A program made the position numbers and the translations under genes. Below the pieces are notes generated by a model. That model ran no database searches. It was not told the DNA's origin and saw only the letters and a program-made list of their open reading frames with translations. From the IMG/VR virus record IMGVR_UViG_3300029951_000012: a DNA stretch of 27,825 bases; one strand, written 5' to 3'. Shown here piece by piece: positions 17,327-25,040 of the stretch (position 1 is the stretch's first letter; each line of letters begins with the position of its first letter). The DNA comes from an uncultured virus (IMG/VR IMGVR_UViG_3300029951_000012) (lineage: Duplodnaviria; Heunggongvirae; Uroviricota; Caudoviricetes).

Positions 17327-17886
17327 TGCCAAGAGTTACTAATCACATCAGTCAGGGACGCGCCGCAGGGGTAGTAAAGTGCTGCCGTTGCGCTAATCCC
17401 ATCGTCAAGGGTGAGCGGTACTACCAGTGGGCTATCAAGGCCCAGCGCGGCGGTACGGTCTATCGCCAGCACGAAAGCCACGGTCGCCCAAAGCAGAGCC
17501 AGTTGACCCACTCGAAGATGTCAGGCGTATATGCAGCCATCGAAGGCGCGGAGGAAGCTATTCAAGCGGCGGGTTGCTGCGCGGATGTAGCGGAAGCTCT
17601 GCGGTCGGCGGCAAATGATATCGAGAGCGTCCGCGACGAGTATCAGGAATCGCTCGACAATATGCCCGAAGGCTTGCAGCAAGGCGATACGGGCCAGCAA
17701 ATTGAAGAGCGCGTTTCCAACCTTGACGATTTTGTTAGCACCCTCAATGATGCTGCCGACGAGTGCGAAGGCATGGAAGAGGAACCAGAAGAGCCAGCGG
17801 AAGGCGAAGAGGCCGAAGAATCTGACGGCGGTCTGGAAGCTGCTCAGGAACGCGCAAACGAAGCTCTCGGCGAAATGAACGCCTAA
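17326..17886 (+). CDS. Hypothetical protein: N-terminal Cys motif and very acidic helical C-terminus
   Basis: GGAGG SD, MPRVT..., CCRC...KGERYY.W, E/D-rich tail. Confidence 0.8.
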   Translation: MPRVTNHISQGRAAGVVKCCRCANPIVKGERYYQWAIKAQRGGTVYRQHESHGRPKQSQLTHSKMSGVYAAIEGAEEAIQAAGCCADVAEALRSAANDIESVRDEYQESLDNMPEGLQQGDTGQQIEERVSNLDDFVSTLNDAADECEGMEEEPEEPAEGEEAEESDGGLEAAQERANEALGEMNA

Positions 17887-17977
17887 CCCTCCACCCTCTA
17901 CCAAGGAGCAATACAGTGCCAGAAAACACGCAAATTGAGCGCGCAGCAACCACGCCGATGGACAAGGAGAAATCAAT

Positions 17978-18760
17978 ATGAGCCTCAGTAATCCGCATGA
18001 AAATGGTCAGCCCAACCCTGCTACTCGCTGGTTTGAATGGAACGGTGAGCATGGCGCAATCAGCTACTACGACAAGGACGCGAAGAAGAGCATTGAGGTT
18101 CCGATGCCGTTCACGTTCATCCTGCTTGACGAGCTTGGGAGTGTGCGCGGATGGCACGATGCAAGCTCATCCGGCATCTACTCCAACGAAGTCAAGGACA
18201 CCCGCCAGGACACTTTGGTTGTCAAAGCCTTCAAGGGTGGAACTCTCGTGGAAGGTCTGTACCGGGATATCAAAGACCGCATCAACACGCTCGGCGGATC
18301 GTTTCACGCCAACTGCTACATCGCGTTCAAGAGCCAGGCCGGCGAACTTCTGATTGGTGCGATTCGCTTCAAGGGTGCGACCCTCGGCGCATGGATGGAT
18401 TTCCGCAAAGACAACCGCAAAGACTTCTACAAAAAAGCTATCAAGATGGATGGCTTTGTCGAGGGAAAGAAGGGCCGGATCGTGTATCGTGTCCCGAAGT
18501 TCTCGATGCTTGATATTTCCCCAGAATCAATCGCTCTGGCCATCGAACTGGACAAGACCTTGCAGGAGTTTCTGAGCGGCTATCTTTCCCGAAACAAGCA
18601 AGACCAAGCAGAGCAGGTTGCCCCGAAGCATGAAGGCTCTCACGCTGATTCCGACCAGTCACCCGACGATGCCTACGAAGAAGAGCAATCACAAGAGCAG
18701 CCGCCCGTTGATTCTTACGACAACCAGACTCTCATCACAGACGACGACATCCCCTTCTAA
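17978..18760 (+). CDS. Putative single-stranded DNA-binding protein
   Basis: 260 aa with aromatic beta-rich core, disordered acidic linker and C-terminal DDDIPF tail typical of SSBs; adjacent to an exonuclease. Confidence 0.6.
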   Translation: MSLSNPHENGQPNPATRWFEWNGEHGAISYYDKDAKKSIEVPMPFTFILLDELGSVRGWHDASSSGIYSNEVKDTRQDTLVVKAFKGGTLVEGLYRDIKDRINTLGGSFHANCYIAFKSQAGELLIGAIRFKGATLGAWMDFRKDNRKDFYKKAIKMDGFVEGKKGRIVYRVPKFSMLDISPESIALAIELDKTLQEFLSGYLSRNKQDQAEQVAPKHEGSHADSDQSPDDAYEEEQSQEQPPVDSYDNQTLITDDDIPF

Positions 18761-19461
18761 TGCTTATTCCTCACACATTCTCGCGCCAAGGACACGCTTA
18801 CCGCGTCAAGGGTAATTATGTTCTGTCTACGTCGGACATCCTCTCACTCAACGCCTTGTGCTTGTTTGAGGGGGTTCCGGCAGAGATTCTGGAAGCCGCT
18901 GCAAAGCGTGGGCAGATGGTGCATGAAACTATCCAGTGCATTGAGGAAGGTGTTTCACTTCCCCCGCGCACAAAAGAAGCGCAGGAAAGGGTTGTCTCCT
19001 ACCTGCGATGGAAAGAGAAGACTGGGTTTCAAGTATGCGGGCCTATCGAACGAAGCGTAGTTTATGACCACCTTGGCAGTGGAACTTTGGTAGGTGGAAC
19101 GCCCGACCTGATTGGCAGAATCGGTAACGATATCTGGGTTGTCGATCTAAAGACGTGTGCAAGGCAGTCAGGCAAAGCAAGGCAAATGAAGATGCTCGAA
19201 TGGCGACTGCAAACACAGAGCTACTTTGAAGCATTGCAGGAAGACGAACCGCTCTGGAAATCACTGGGCAAGGATGCGAAGCAGATGCGCCGCGCAATTT
19301 TGCACCTGCACCCTCAGTGTGGAATCGAGAAGCGCGGCGAAAAGAGATTGGGCTACGAGTGGAATCCTTTCGAGGTTGACGACTCACACAATTGGGATGC
19401 TGCGGTAAAGATGGCAGCTCTAAAACTTTCAAACGGTCACAAGACACCTGATAGGAGATAA
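18760..19461 (+). CDS. PD-(D/E)XK exonuclease (phage recombination type)
   Basis: RG..VH..I, GTPDL, VVDLKT and QxxxY (QTQSY) motifs. Confidence 0.85.
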   Translation: MLIPHTFSRQGHAYRVKGNYVLSTSDILSLNALCLFEGVPAEILEAAAKRGQMVHETIQCIEEGVSLPPRTKEAQERVVSYLRWKEKTGFQVCGPIERSVVYDHLGSGTLVGGTPDLIGRIGNDIWVVDLKTCARQSGKARQMKMLEWRLQTQSYFEALQEDEPLWKSLGKDAKQMRRAILHLHPQCGIEKRGEKRLGYEWNPFEVDDSHNWDAAVKMAALKLSNGHKTPDRR

Positions 19462-19529
19462 GTATGCCAGGGAAAAGTCGAGATAATTGACCGCATTTTT
19501 TGAAATTCAACCAAAGAGGAGATAAGACG

Positions 19530-20621
19530 ATGGAGCAGGAAACAGGACTAGCGATTATTCAGAGCATCACCGCAGTTGAGCTTTTCAAGCCCGGCGCCGC
19601 CGATGACATTTTGGCCCGCATTGAAGCTGAGGTTCGCGCTACCCCGAAAGACATCAGCACCGAAAAGGGCCGTGATGCTATCAAGAAGCTATGCACTAAA
19701 ATCACAAGCTCTAAGGGGTTTGTGGAAGAACAGCGCGTCGGCCTTGTTTCGGAAGAGAAGAAGAAACTAGCTTTGGTTGACGCGGAAGGCAAGAAGTACC
19801 GCGACCGCTTCGATGCACTCAAGCAAGAAGCGCGTAAGCCTCTCACGGACTGGGAGAACGCCGAGAAAGACCGTGTGGCTAACCATGAAGCGAACATCAC
19901 TGCGATGGAGACTGCCGGCACTCTGGACTTCGGTGCAACCATTGCCGAGATTCAGGAGCGTATCCGCATTGTCTCCCTTGTAGACCTAACCACTTTTCAG
20001 GAATTCACCGAGCGCGGTACGTCCACCAAAGCGAGCGTTCTATCTGCCCTCGAAACTAAGCTGAAGATTGCTGAGAAGCAAGAGGCTGACCGTATCGAGA
20101 TGGAAGCGATGCGGGCTGAGAAGGAAGCGCGGGAAAAGAAAGACCGCGAGGAACAGATTGCACGAGAGGCGCGAGAGAAGGCCCAACGCGAGGCAGAAGT
20201 AGAGCGCCAGCGTGTAGAGCAGGAGAAGTTCCAGGCTGAAGCCCGCGTAAAGCAGGTAGAGGCAGAGAAGGCCGCTGCCATTGAAAAGGCCAAGAAGGAT
20301 GCTGAGGAAGCCGAGAAGCGCCATGCTGAGGCTACCAAGGCCGCTCAGGAGCGTGCAGAGCGTGAGGCCAAGGAAGCAGCCGAGCGTGCCGAGAAAGCCC
20401 GCTTACAGGCCATTGCGGACGAGCAGAAGCGCATTGCTGACCAGAAAGCAAGGGAAGCGGCTGAAACGAAGGCGCGAGAGAAGGACAAAGAGCATAAAAA
20501 GACCATCAACAATGCTGCTGTGGCCGCTCTTGTTGAAGCCGGACTCACAGAAGCACAGGCCAAGGTTGCTATTTCTGCAATCGCAAAGGGAAACATTCCC
20601 GCTGTAAAAATCTCGTATTAG
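19530..20621 (+). CDS. Long coiled-coil phage protein (family often mis-annotated TolA-like)
   Basis: D.ST.KGR.AI N-terminus, R.PLT.WE.AE, E/K/A/R-rich coiled coil, IAKGNIPAVKISY C-terminus; GAGGAG SD. Confidence 0.8.
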   Translation: MEQETGLAIIQSITAVELFKPGAADDILARIEAEVRATPKDISTEKGRDAIKKLCTKITSSKGFVEEQRVGLVSEEKKKLALVDAEGKKYRDRFDALKQEARKPLTDWENAEKDRVANHEANITAMETAGTLDFGATIAEIQERIRIVSLVDLTTFQEFTERGTSTKASVLSALETKLKIAEKQEADRIEMEAMRAEKEAREKKDREEQIAREAREKAQREAEVERQRVEQEKFQAEARVKQVEAEKAAAIEKAKKDAEEAEKRHAEATKAAQERAEREAKEAAERAEKARLQAIADEQKRIADQKAREAAETKAREKDKEHKKTINNAAVAALVEAGLTEAQAKVAISAIAKGNIPAVKISY

Positions 20622-20629
20622 GAGCGATC

Positions 20630-21045
20630 ATGCTGGACTATCTTGATTGGTTGGAAGCAAGCGGATTTTATGAAGATGAGTGGAGCGAACCGTAATGGAC
20701 ATGCTGCTCAGTATCCCTTGGTGGGACATAGGAGTCTCGCTCATCATCATCGTGTGCGGTTGGTGGTATGACCGCGAACCTCGTAGAGACGAAGACTAAG
20801 GAGATTTATGTATCTCTTTCGCAAGGAAGTATGTACTGAGCCGATGGTTGGAATTGTCCACCACTGCGCAATCATGGCCGCGCTCACGAATGGCTGGCCC
20901 TACACGTTTATCTCGGAGGCCAGCAATGAACCTTCCTGACAATCCCGCAAACGACCCAGAAGACCCAATGTACGACGATGCCGAGCGCGAGATTCAAGAG
21001 CGCGAAGACCAGGAACTCAACCGCAGCAATCCCGAATACGAATAG
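20630..21045 (+). other. Cluster of four micro-ORFs (21-43 aa)
   Basis: MLDYLDW... (20630-20695), MDMLLSIPWW... (20695-20799), MYLFRKEVC... (from 20808), MNLPDNPAND... (20926-21045); each has a GGAG/GGAGG SD. Confidence 0.5.
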
Positions 21046-21053
21046 AGGACACC

Positions 21054-21431
21054 ATGCCAGCCAAGTCACAAGCGCCCCAGAATGAATCGGATAGCAGTTC
21101 CGACACCAGCAATACGAGTTTTCGCATGACTGGAATGATGTTTTTCCTCGTCGCCTGGATCTCGACTCTTGTCTTGAGTGCCAATCGCTCCTATGTTTAT
21201 CACTCGCCGTCCCGCAAGTTTTTCTATGAGAACAGTCTTGCTTATCACGAAACCATATTCCTCAAAGACGCTACTTGGCCCTGCGGGGACATAAGGAAGT
21301 GGAAGCCTTATCACTACGAGGTAAGCGATTACACGGTAACTTTGGAGGATGGCATATCGGATAATGAAGCGCCGCATTTCCAGAGCCTATCCGCAGCAGA
21401 GCAGTTTCTCGCGCAACACGGATGCAAGTAA
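21054..21431 (+). CDS. Hypothetical membrane-anchored/secreted protein
   Basis: 125 aa, hydrophobic MMFFLVAWISTLVL segment, GAGGA SD. Confidence 0.65.
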   Translation: MPAKSQAPQNESDSSSDTSNTSFRMTGMMFFLVAWISTLVLSANRSYVYHSPSRKFFYENSLAYHETIFLKDATWPCGDIRKWKPYHYEVSDYTVTLEDGISDNEAPHFQSLSAAEQFLAQHGCK

Positions 21432-21459
21432 GGCTGTACCCCAAAAGGAGCAAAAGTAG

Positions 21460-22083
21460 ATGAGCAACCAAAATGTCAAGCTCATGAGGATTGACGGCCC
21501 CGGCCCATATTGCATGGACGGTGGGGTTTGTCATCACAAGTTGGTATTAGACCACCTTTGCGGAGTTAGGCACTGCGCTCACGATACCCAATGGGACATC
21601 GTCGGGCCGGACGGTGCGGCGCTAGGACAAAGCTGGGGCGACCATGCCTTCGTATCCGACCTCTGCGACGAATTGAACGATGCCTACGCAAAGGGGCGTG
21701 CCTCTCTAGTAGGAGGCCCGCAGGATGAGTTGCCGCCTTTGGATGAAAATACGATGCGCGGCCCTGCATGGCAGGCGTTGTATGACCGCTTCAACGAGTT
21801 GCCCGTTCCGCAAGAGCGCGTGTGGGAAATTCAGGCAGATTTGACCAGCGCCCTATCCCAACTCCGTCAGCGAGCCGCCCACGAAGCGCTGTACATGGCA
21901 CGGTGTAAGAAAGCTGAGTCAGCTCTAGCAGCCGCAAGGGATGAGATTGCCATTGTGCGCAAAACAAATATGAGTGTCCAGCGAGAATCCATTCGCAACT
22001 TTGAGCGAGCGGAAAGGGGCGATGCTGAGATTCAAGAACTGCGCACGGCCCTGCGGGTTCAGGAGAAGGATGGAAAACAGTGA
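21460..22083 (+). CDS. Hypothetical protein (Cys/His N-terminus, coiled-coil C-terminus)
   Basis: 207 aa, AGGAG SD. Confidence 0.7.
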   Translation: MSNQNVKLMRIDGPGPYCMDGGVCHHKLVLDHLCGVRHCAHDTQWDIVGPDGAALGQSWGDHAFVSDLCDELNDAYAKGRASLVGGPQDELPPLDENTMRGPAWQALYDRFNELPVPQERVWEIQADLTSALSQLRQRAAHEALYMARCKKAESALAAARDEIAIVRKTNMSVQRESIRNFERAERGDAEIQELRTALRVQEKDGKQ

Positions 22084-22262
22084 AGCGCAAAGTTCTTTCG
22101 ATGAGGTTTTATCGGGTTAGGTGTAAGCCGGGTTATGGGTCGGTGATGATGGAGTTGGAGTGCGGCCACACGCTCGGACGCAAGCAGAGCGAGGCTAAGA
22201 ATGTCGTGCCTGGCGTTTCGATGGTCACTTGCAGGCAATGCGAACCACAGGAGAAGCGATGA
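22080..22262 (+). CDS. Small zinc-ribbon protein (LECGH...CRQC)
   Basis: 60 aa, GTGA overlap. Confidence 0.65.
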   Translation: MKRKVLSMRFYRVRCKPGYGSVMMELECGHTLGRKQSEAKNVVPGVSMVTCRQCEPQEKR

Positions 22263-22621
22263 GCGAGCCTACACCTCAGCACTCAAAATGGGTACGCATG
22301 ACCGAACCAGAATTACGCACACTCGTCGAGCAATTGGAAGAACTCGTTGCCGCCGCTAACCTGCGAGCAGACCAAGCAGAAGAACATGCTGACAGGTTAG
22401 GCGCGCGCGTCGATCAACTGCAAGCGGAAGTCGATACGCTCAACTTCAAAGCGAAGGCAGCTTCCCCAGCCCTATGCTTCCAAAGGGCGCTTGAGGCGGT
22501 GTGTGCGCTTGACCGTGAGGACAATCGCTTCAAGCAATCGCTCTATGCGGATTGCGAGCAAGCTATCCAGCGTTTGATTGACAGCACCAAGCCAGCAGAT
22601 ACTTTGCTCTGCTCGGATTGA
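22259..22621 (+). CDS. Hypothetical coiled-coil protein
   Basis: MSEPTPQ..., ATGA overlap, AGGAG SD. Confidence 0.65.
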   Translation: MSEPTPQHSKWVRMTEPELRTLVEQLEELVAAANLRADQAEEHADRLGARVDQLQAEVDTLNFKAKAASPALCFQRALEAVCALDREDNRFKQSLYADCEQAIQRLIDSTKPADTLLCSD

Positions 22622-22633
22622 TAGAGGAGCGAA

Positions 22634-22891
22634 ATGAGTAAGCTTTACAAATTAGCGCCGCACGTTACCGCTCAGTGGGACGTTCATTCTGGAGCGCCAT
22701 GCATACAGGGAAGGCGTATATCTACGGCTCACATCGCAGGACAGTTTGCATCGGGACGAGAGATACAAGAATTGGCAGATGACTTTCGCTCTCCCGTGGA
22801 GCATATCGAGGCCGCTATCCGTTATGAGTTCAACCGCAGAGTGAAGCGTAAGCCAGAATTTCGCGCCAATAAGCCGGACGGTAGCAAGTGA
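22634..22891 (+). CDS. DUF433 (VapB45-like antitoxin domain) protein
   Basis: SGAPCIQGRRI...IAG.F.SG..I.ELADDF......IEAAIRYE fits the DUF433 pattern. Confidence 0.85.
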   Translation: MSKLYKLAPHVTAQWDVHSGAPCIQGRRISTAHIAGQFASGREIQELADDFRSPVEHIEAAIRYEFNRRVKRKPEFRANKPDGSK

Positions 22892-22913
22892 TGCTTACAG
22901 AGGAGCAAAGAAA

Positions 22914-23087
22914 ATGATTAACTGGATATACGTTCGCTATCGCACAGTCTGTTTCTTTTTCAGCATCGTGTTTCGCAGGTGGACTCCTGAAACTGCTCGT
23001 TTCATGCCGCGCGAGACATGGGATCTTGGCTGGGATTTATGGAAGGACTGGGACAGCACTCGCTATCGCAGGACATGGAAACCATGA
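22914..23087 (+). CDS. Small aromatic-rich protein (57 aa)
   Basis: Hand-translated MINWIYVRYRTVCFFFSIVFRRW...; GAGGAG SD. Confidence 0.6.
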   Translation: MINWIYVRYRTVCFFFSIVFRRWTPETARFMPRETWDLGWDLWKDWDSTRYRRTWKP

Positions 23088-23305
23088 TGCTTCCCGAACT
23101 CAGCAAGCCGCTCTGGATTCCGCCCGCGCCCGGGAAGTCATCCAAGCACTGCAACAGCGTAGCGAACGCAGGCACAGGGAAGCGTCTTATTTACGCCTAC
23201 TGCACCAAACCACGCGGGCATGAGGATGAGACTGAGCACTATGATGGCGTGCGTAATTTTAGATGGTCAGCACCGCTTTTGTTCTGGAGTGATTTTATGC
23301 CATGA
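23084..23305 (+). CDS. Small C...C....GH....H metal-binding protein
   Basis: MMLPELSKP..., ATGA overlap. Confidence 0.55.
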   Translation: MMLPELSKPLWIPPAPGKSSKHCNSVANAGTGKRLIYAYCTKPRGHEDETEHYDGVRNFRWSAPLLFWSDFMP

Positions 23306-23419
23306 TTTTGGACGCAAGAAAAGCCGCCAGTTTTGACGGCATGTTTCCTGCAAAGAAATAGGTGAGGAAAGTTCCCCTCACCTGAAGTAGAAGTACAAAT
23401 CTCACACTAAGGATAACTA

Positions 23420-23716
23420 ATGGCAACCAAGAAAAACAAATACGTGATCGTTCGCACTTACTCTGCGGGCGTATTCGCTGGCAATCTCGAATCCCGCGCA
23501 GGGCAAGAGGTTGTTCTGACCGATGCACGCCGTCTGTGGTATTGGACTGGCGCTGCATCTCTCTCGCAACTCGCTGTATCGGGAACTTCTTCCCCAAAAA
23601 CCTGCAAGTTTCCTACTCCTGTTCCGCGCGTTGAATTGCTCCAGGCAATTGAAATCCTCGACGTAACGCCGGACGCCGAGAAATCCATCAAGGAAGTGCC
23701 AGAGTGGAAGCAGTAG
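23420..23716 (+). CDS. DUF6948-like phage protein
   Basis: YVIVRTYSAGVFAG...V.L.DARRLWYW.GA.SLSQLA..G signature, recalled from the family. Confidence 0.8.
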   Translation: MATKKNKYVIVRTYSAGVFAGNLESRAGQEVVLTDARRLWYWTGAASLSQLAVSGTSSPKTCKFPTPVPRVELLQAIEILDVTPDAEKSIKEVPEWKQ

Positions 23717-24033
23717 ACCAAAAAGTGGGCTCCGGCTCCGGCTCCGGCTCCGGCTACGGCGACGGCTACGGCGACGGCTACGGCGACGGCTACGGCTCCG
23801 GCTCCGGCTCCGGCGACGGCTACGGCTCCGGCTCCGGCGACGGCTACGGCTCCGGCTCCGGCTCCGGCTACGGCTCCGGCTACGGCTCCGGCTACGGCTA
23901 CGGCTACGGCTACGGCGACGGCTCCGGCTACGGCTCCGGCTACGGCGACGGCGACGGCTCCGGCTACGGCTACGGCGACGGCTCCGGCTACGGCTCCGGC
24001 TACGGCGACGGCGACGGCTCCGGCAGGGGTTAA
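23704..24033 (+). CDS. Glycine-rich (GS/GY/GD)n repeat protein
   Basis: GTG start with AGGA SD, overlaps the DUF6948 stop, followed by a terminator. Confidence 0.7.
   Translation: MEAVDQKVGSGSGSGSGYGDGYGDGYGDGYGSGSGSGDGYGSGSGDGYGSGSGSGYGSGYGSGYGYGYGYGDGSGYGSGYGDGDGSGYGYGDGSGYGSGYGDGDGSGRG
23728..24021 (+). repeat. Tandem hexamer array GGC(TC/TA/GA)C x49
   Basis: Only three units (GGCTCC, GGCTAC, GGCGAC) over 294 bp. Confidence 0.97.
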
Positions 24034-24072
24034 ACAACAGCCGCCCCAAAGTACGGGGCGGCGTTTTACTTT
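24034..24072. terminator. Intrinsic terminator, probably bidirectional
   Basis: GCCGCCCC(24040-47)-aaagtac-GGGGCGGC(24055-62); GTTTTACTTT tail on plus and TGTTGTTT tail on minus. Confidence 0.8.
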
Positions 24073-24141
24073 GAATTGTGCGGGTCTGCCGGTTCAGCAC
24101 GCCGGAAGATTGCTAAGGTCTATCGGGGAAGACAAACCCGC
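24035..24141 (-). ncRNA. Candidate ~105-nt antisense-type small RNA
   Basis: Minus-strand promoter TTGACA-17-CAAGAT; 11-bp closing stem GCGGGUUUGUC/GGCAGACCCGC that pairs fully (2 G-U) only on minus; ends in the terminator. Confidence 0.55.
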
Positions 24142-24147
24142 AGAATT

Positions 24148-24179
24148 ATCTTGACAGAGTATCGGCTATATGTCAATCT
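24148..24179. promoter_or_regulatory. Symmetric overlapping bidirectional promoter
   Basis: Plus: TTGACA(24151-56)-17-CAATCT(24174-79) with TGn. Minus: TTGACA(24176-71)-17-CAAGAT(24153-48) with TGn. Both -10 boxes are imperfect. Confidence 0.6.
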
Positions 24180-24185
24180 GTCGTT

Positions 24186-24492
24186 GCTAAGGTGTATCGG
24201 AATCACAAAACAACGTGACGGTTTGGTTCGCAAGACTCCTACCTCCGAAACATAAAAACAACGGCTTGCTTTTGCAGTAAGGTCTACTGGAAATAGGCAC
24301 CAGATGTTCGTAACAAGCGCATAACCGTGGCTCCGGGCTGGTAGTGAATCCAGCGATACCCCTACGTCCACGTCCTATGGCACAGCCGCAAGGCTAATAA
24401 ATGCGCCCCTGTTGCGAACAAGAGACTAGCCGATGCACCGAGTAAGACTCACCCACAGCACACTACTAAGTGCCGAGGGATGGGGTTTGTCT
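24186..24492 (+). ncRNA. Candidate ~300-nt multi-stem structured RNA or leader
   Basis: Nested long-range stems 24191-200/24430-39, 24305-15/24410-20, 24317-22/24401-06, 24326-30/24368-72; GNRA hairpin AGCC-GCAA-GGCT; G-U pairs favour the plus strand; no credible ORF. Confidence 0.6.
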
Positions 24493-24515
24493 AAATCTTG
24501 TTTTGGAGGAATGTA

Positions 24516-24785
24516 ATGAGCATGAGCGATTACAGAAGGCCAGCCGATTACCAAATCACCAAGCATTACCGTTGCGGTGGGTGCGGCAGAGAAATCGAGG
24601 TCGAGTCTTGCTACTCGCCCGCACTGTGTTGCGGAATGGAACCGCAATCAACTGGTGAATCATATCCCGCTAACTCCGATGATTGGCACGAGGAGCGCGA
24701 TAACGTCAACGATGAATTCAGGAACAGGCGGAGGCGAAATGAAAACTATCTGTTGGAATTGCGGAAACTATATCGTCAAGACTAA
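24516..24785 (+). CDS. Zinc-ribbon protein (YRCGGCG...CCG)
   Basis: GGAGGA SD, MSMSDY... Confidence 0.7.
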   Translation: MSMSDYRRPADYQITKHYRCGGCGREIEVESCYSPALCCGMEPQSTGESYPANSDDWHEERDNVNDEFRNRRRRNENYLLELRKLYRQD

Positions 24786-24897
24786 GGATGATGATTATCG
24801 GGATTGGCGGCACCAGGAAAGCGGCTCAATTTACTGCCCAAAGGTGCGTGGAAAGAAGCAGACCTCAGCCATACCCAAATCGGAGGTGGCAAAATGA
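24739..24897 (+). CDS. Small CxxC...WxH...C protein
   Basis: GGAGG SD, MKTICWNCG... Confidence 0.65.
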   Translation: MKTICWNCGNYIVKTKDDDYRDWRHQESGSIYCPKVRGKKQTSAIPKSEVAK

Positions 24898-25040
24898 AAA
24901 GATTCAAGGCCACAATCCGCGCGGTATGGTTCTTCTTTCGCGTCCTCTGGCGCAGAGAGTATATTGGGCGCGTTGGTATTGGCGAATCGCTTCATTGTTC
25001 GGGCGTTATCTTTGACTTGTGGATGGGACGCTTCAAATGA
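24894..25040 (+). CDS. Small aromatic-rich protein (48 aa)
   Basis: GGAGGT SD, ATGA overlaps on both sides. Confidence 0.6.
   Translation: MKRFKATIRAVWFFFRVLWRREYIGRVGIGESLHCSGVIFDLWMGRFK

Noticed and set aside
18760..19461. Cas4 / CRISPR adaptation gene
   Set aside because: PD-(D/E)XK motifs are present, but there is no four-Cys Fe-S pattern or cas context; next to an SSB-like gene it fits a phage recombination exonuclease.
19530..20621. TolA or tape-measure protein
   Set aside because: No TM anchor, located in the early region; similarity would be compositional (E/K/A coiled coil).
23360..23387. Hairpin AGGTGAGG-n8-CCTCACCT upstream of the DUF6948-like gene
   Set aside because: No U-tract and only a single stem; not enough to call a terminator or RNA element.
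23728..24021. Repeat array as a CRISPR or DGR element
   Set aside because: Contiguous 6-bp units with no spacers; no cas genes, reverse transcriptase or TR/VR pair seen in the window.
23417..24100. 227-aa Arg/Ser-rich (SR-like) ORF on the minus strand
   Set aside because: Antisense by-product of the hexamer array and DUF6948 gene; the plus-strand genes have SDs and operon context.
24110..24290. The three TAAGGT-containing repeats as a mini-CRISPR or iterons
   Set aside because: Only two good copies, uneven spacing, and they are embedded in strand-specific RNA stems; antisense pairing explains them better, though DNA-binding sites are not excluded.
24120..24371. 83-aa minus-strand ORF across the RNA locus
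   Set aside because: GTG start opposite to the operon direction, no recognisable protein features, and it crosses the promoter element.
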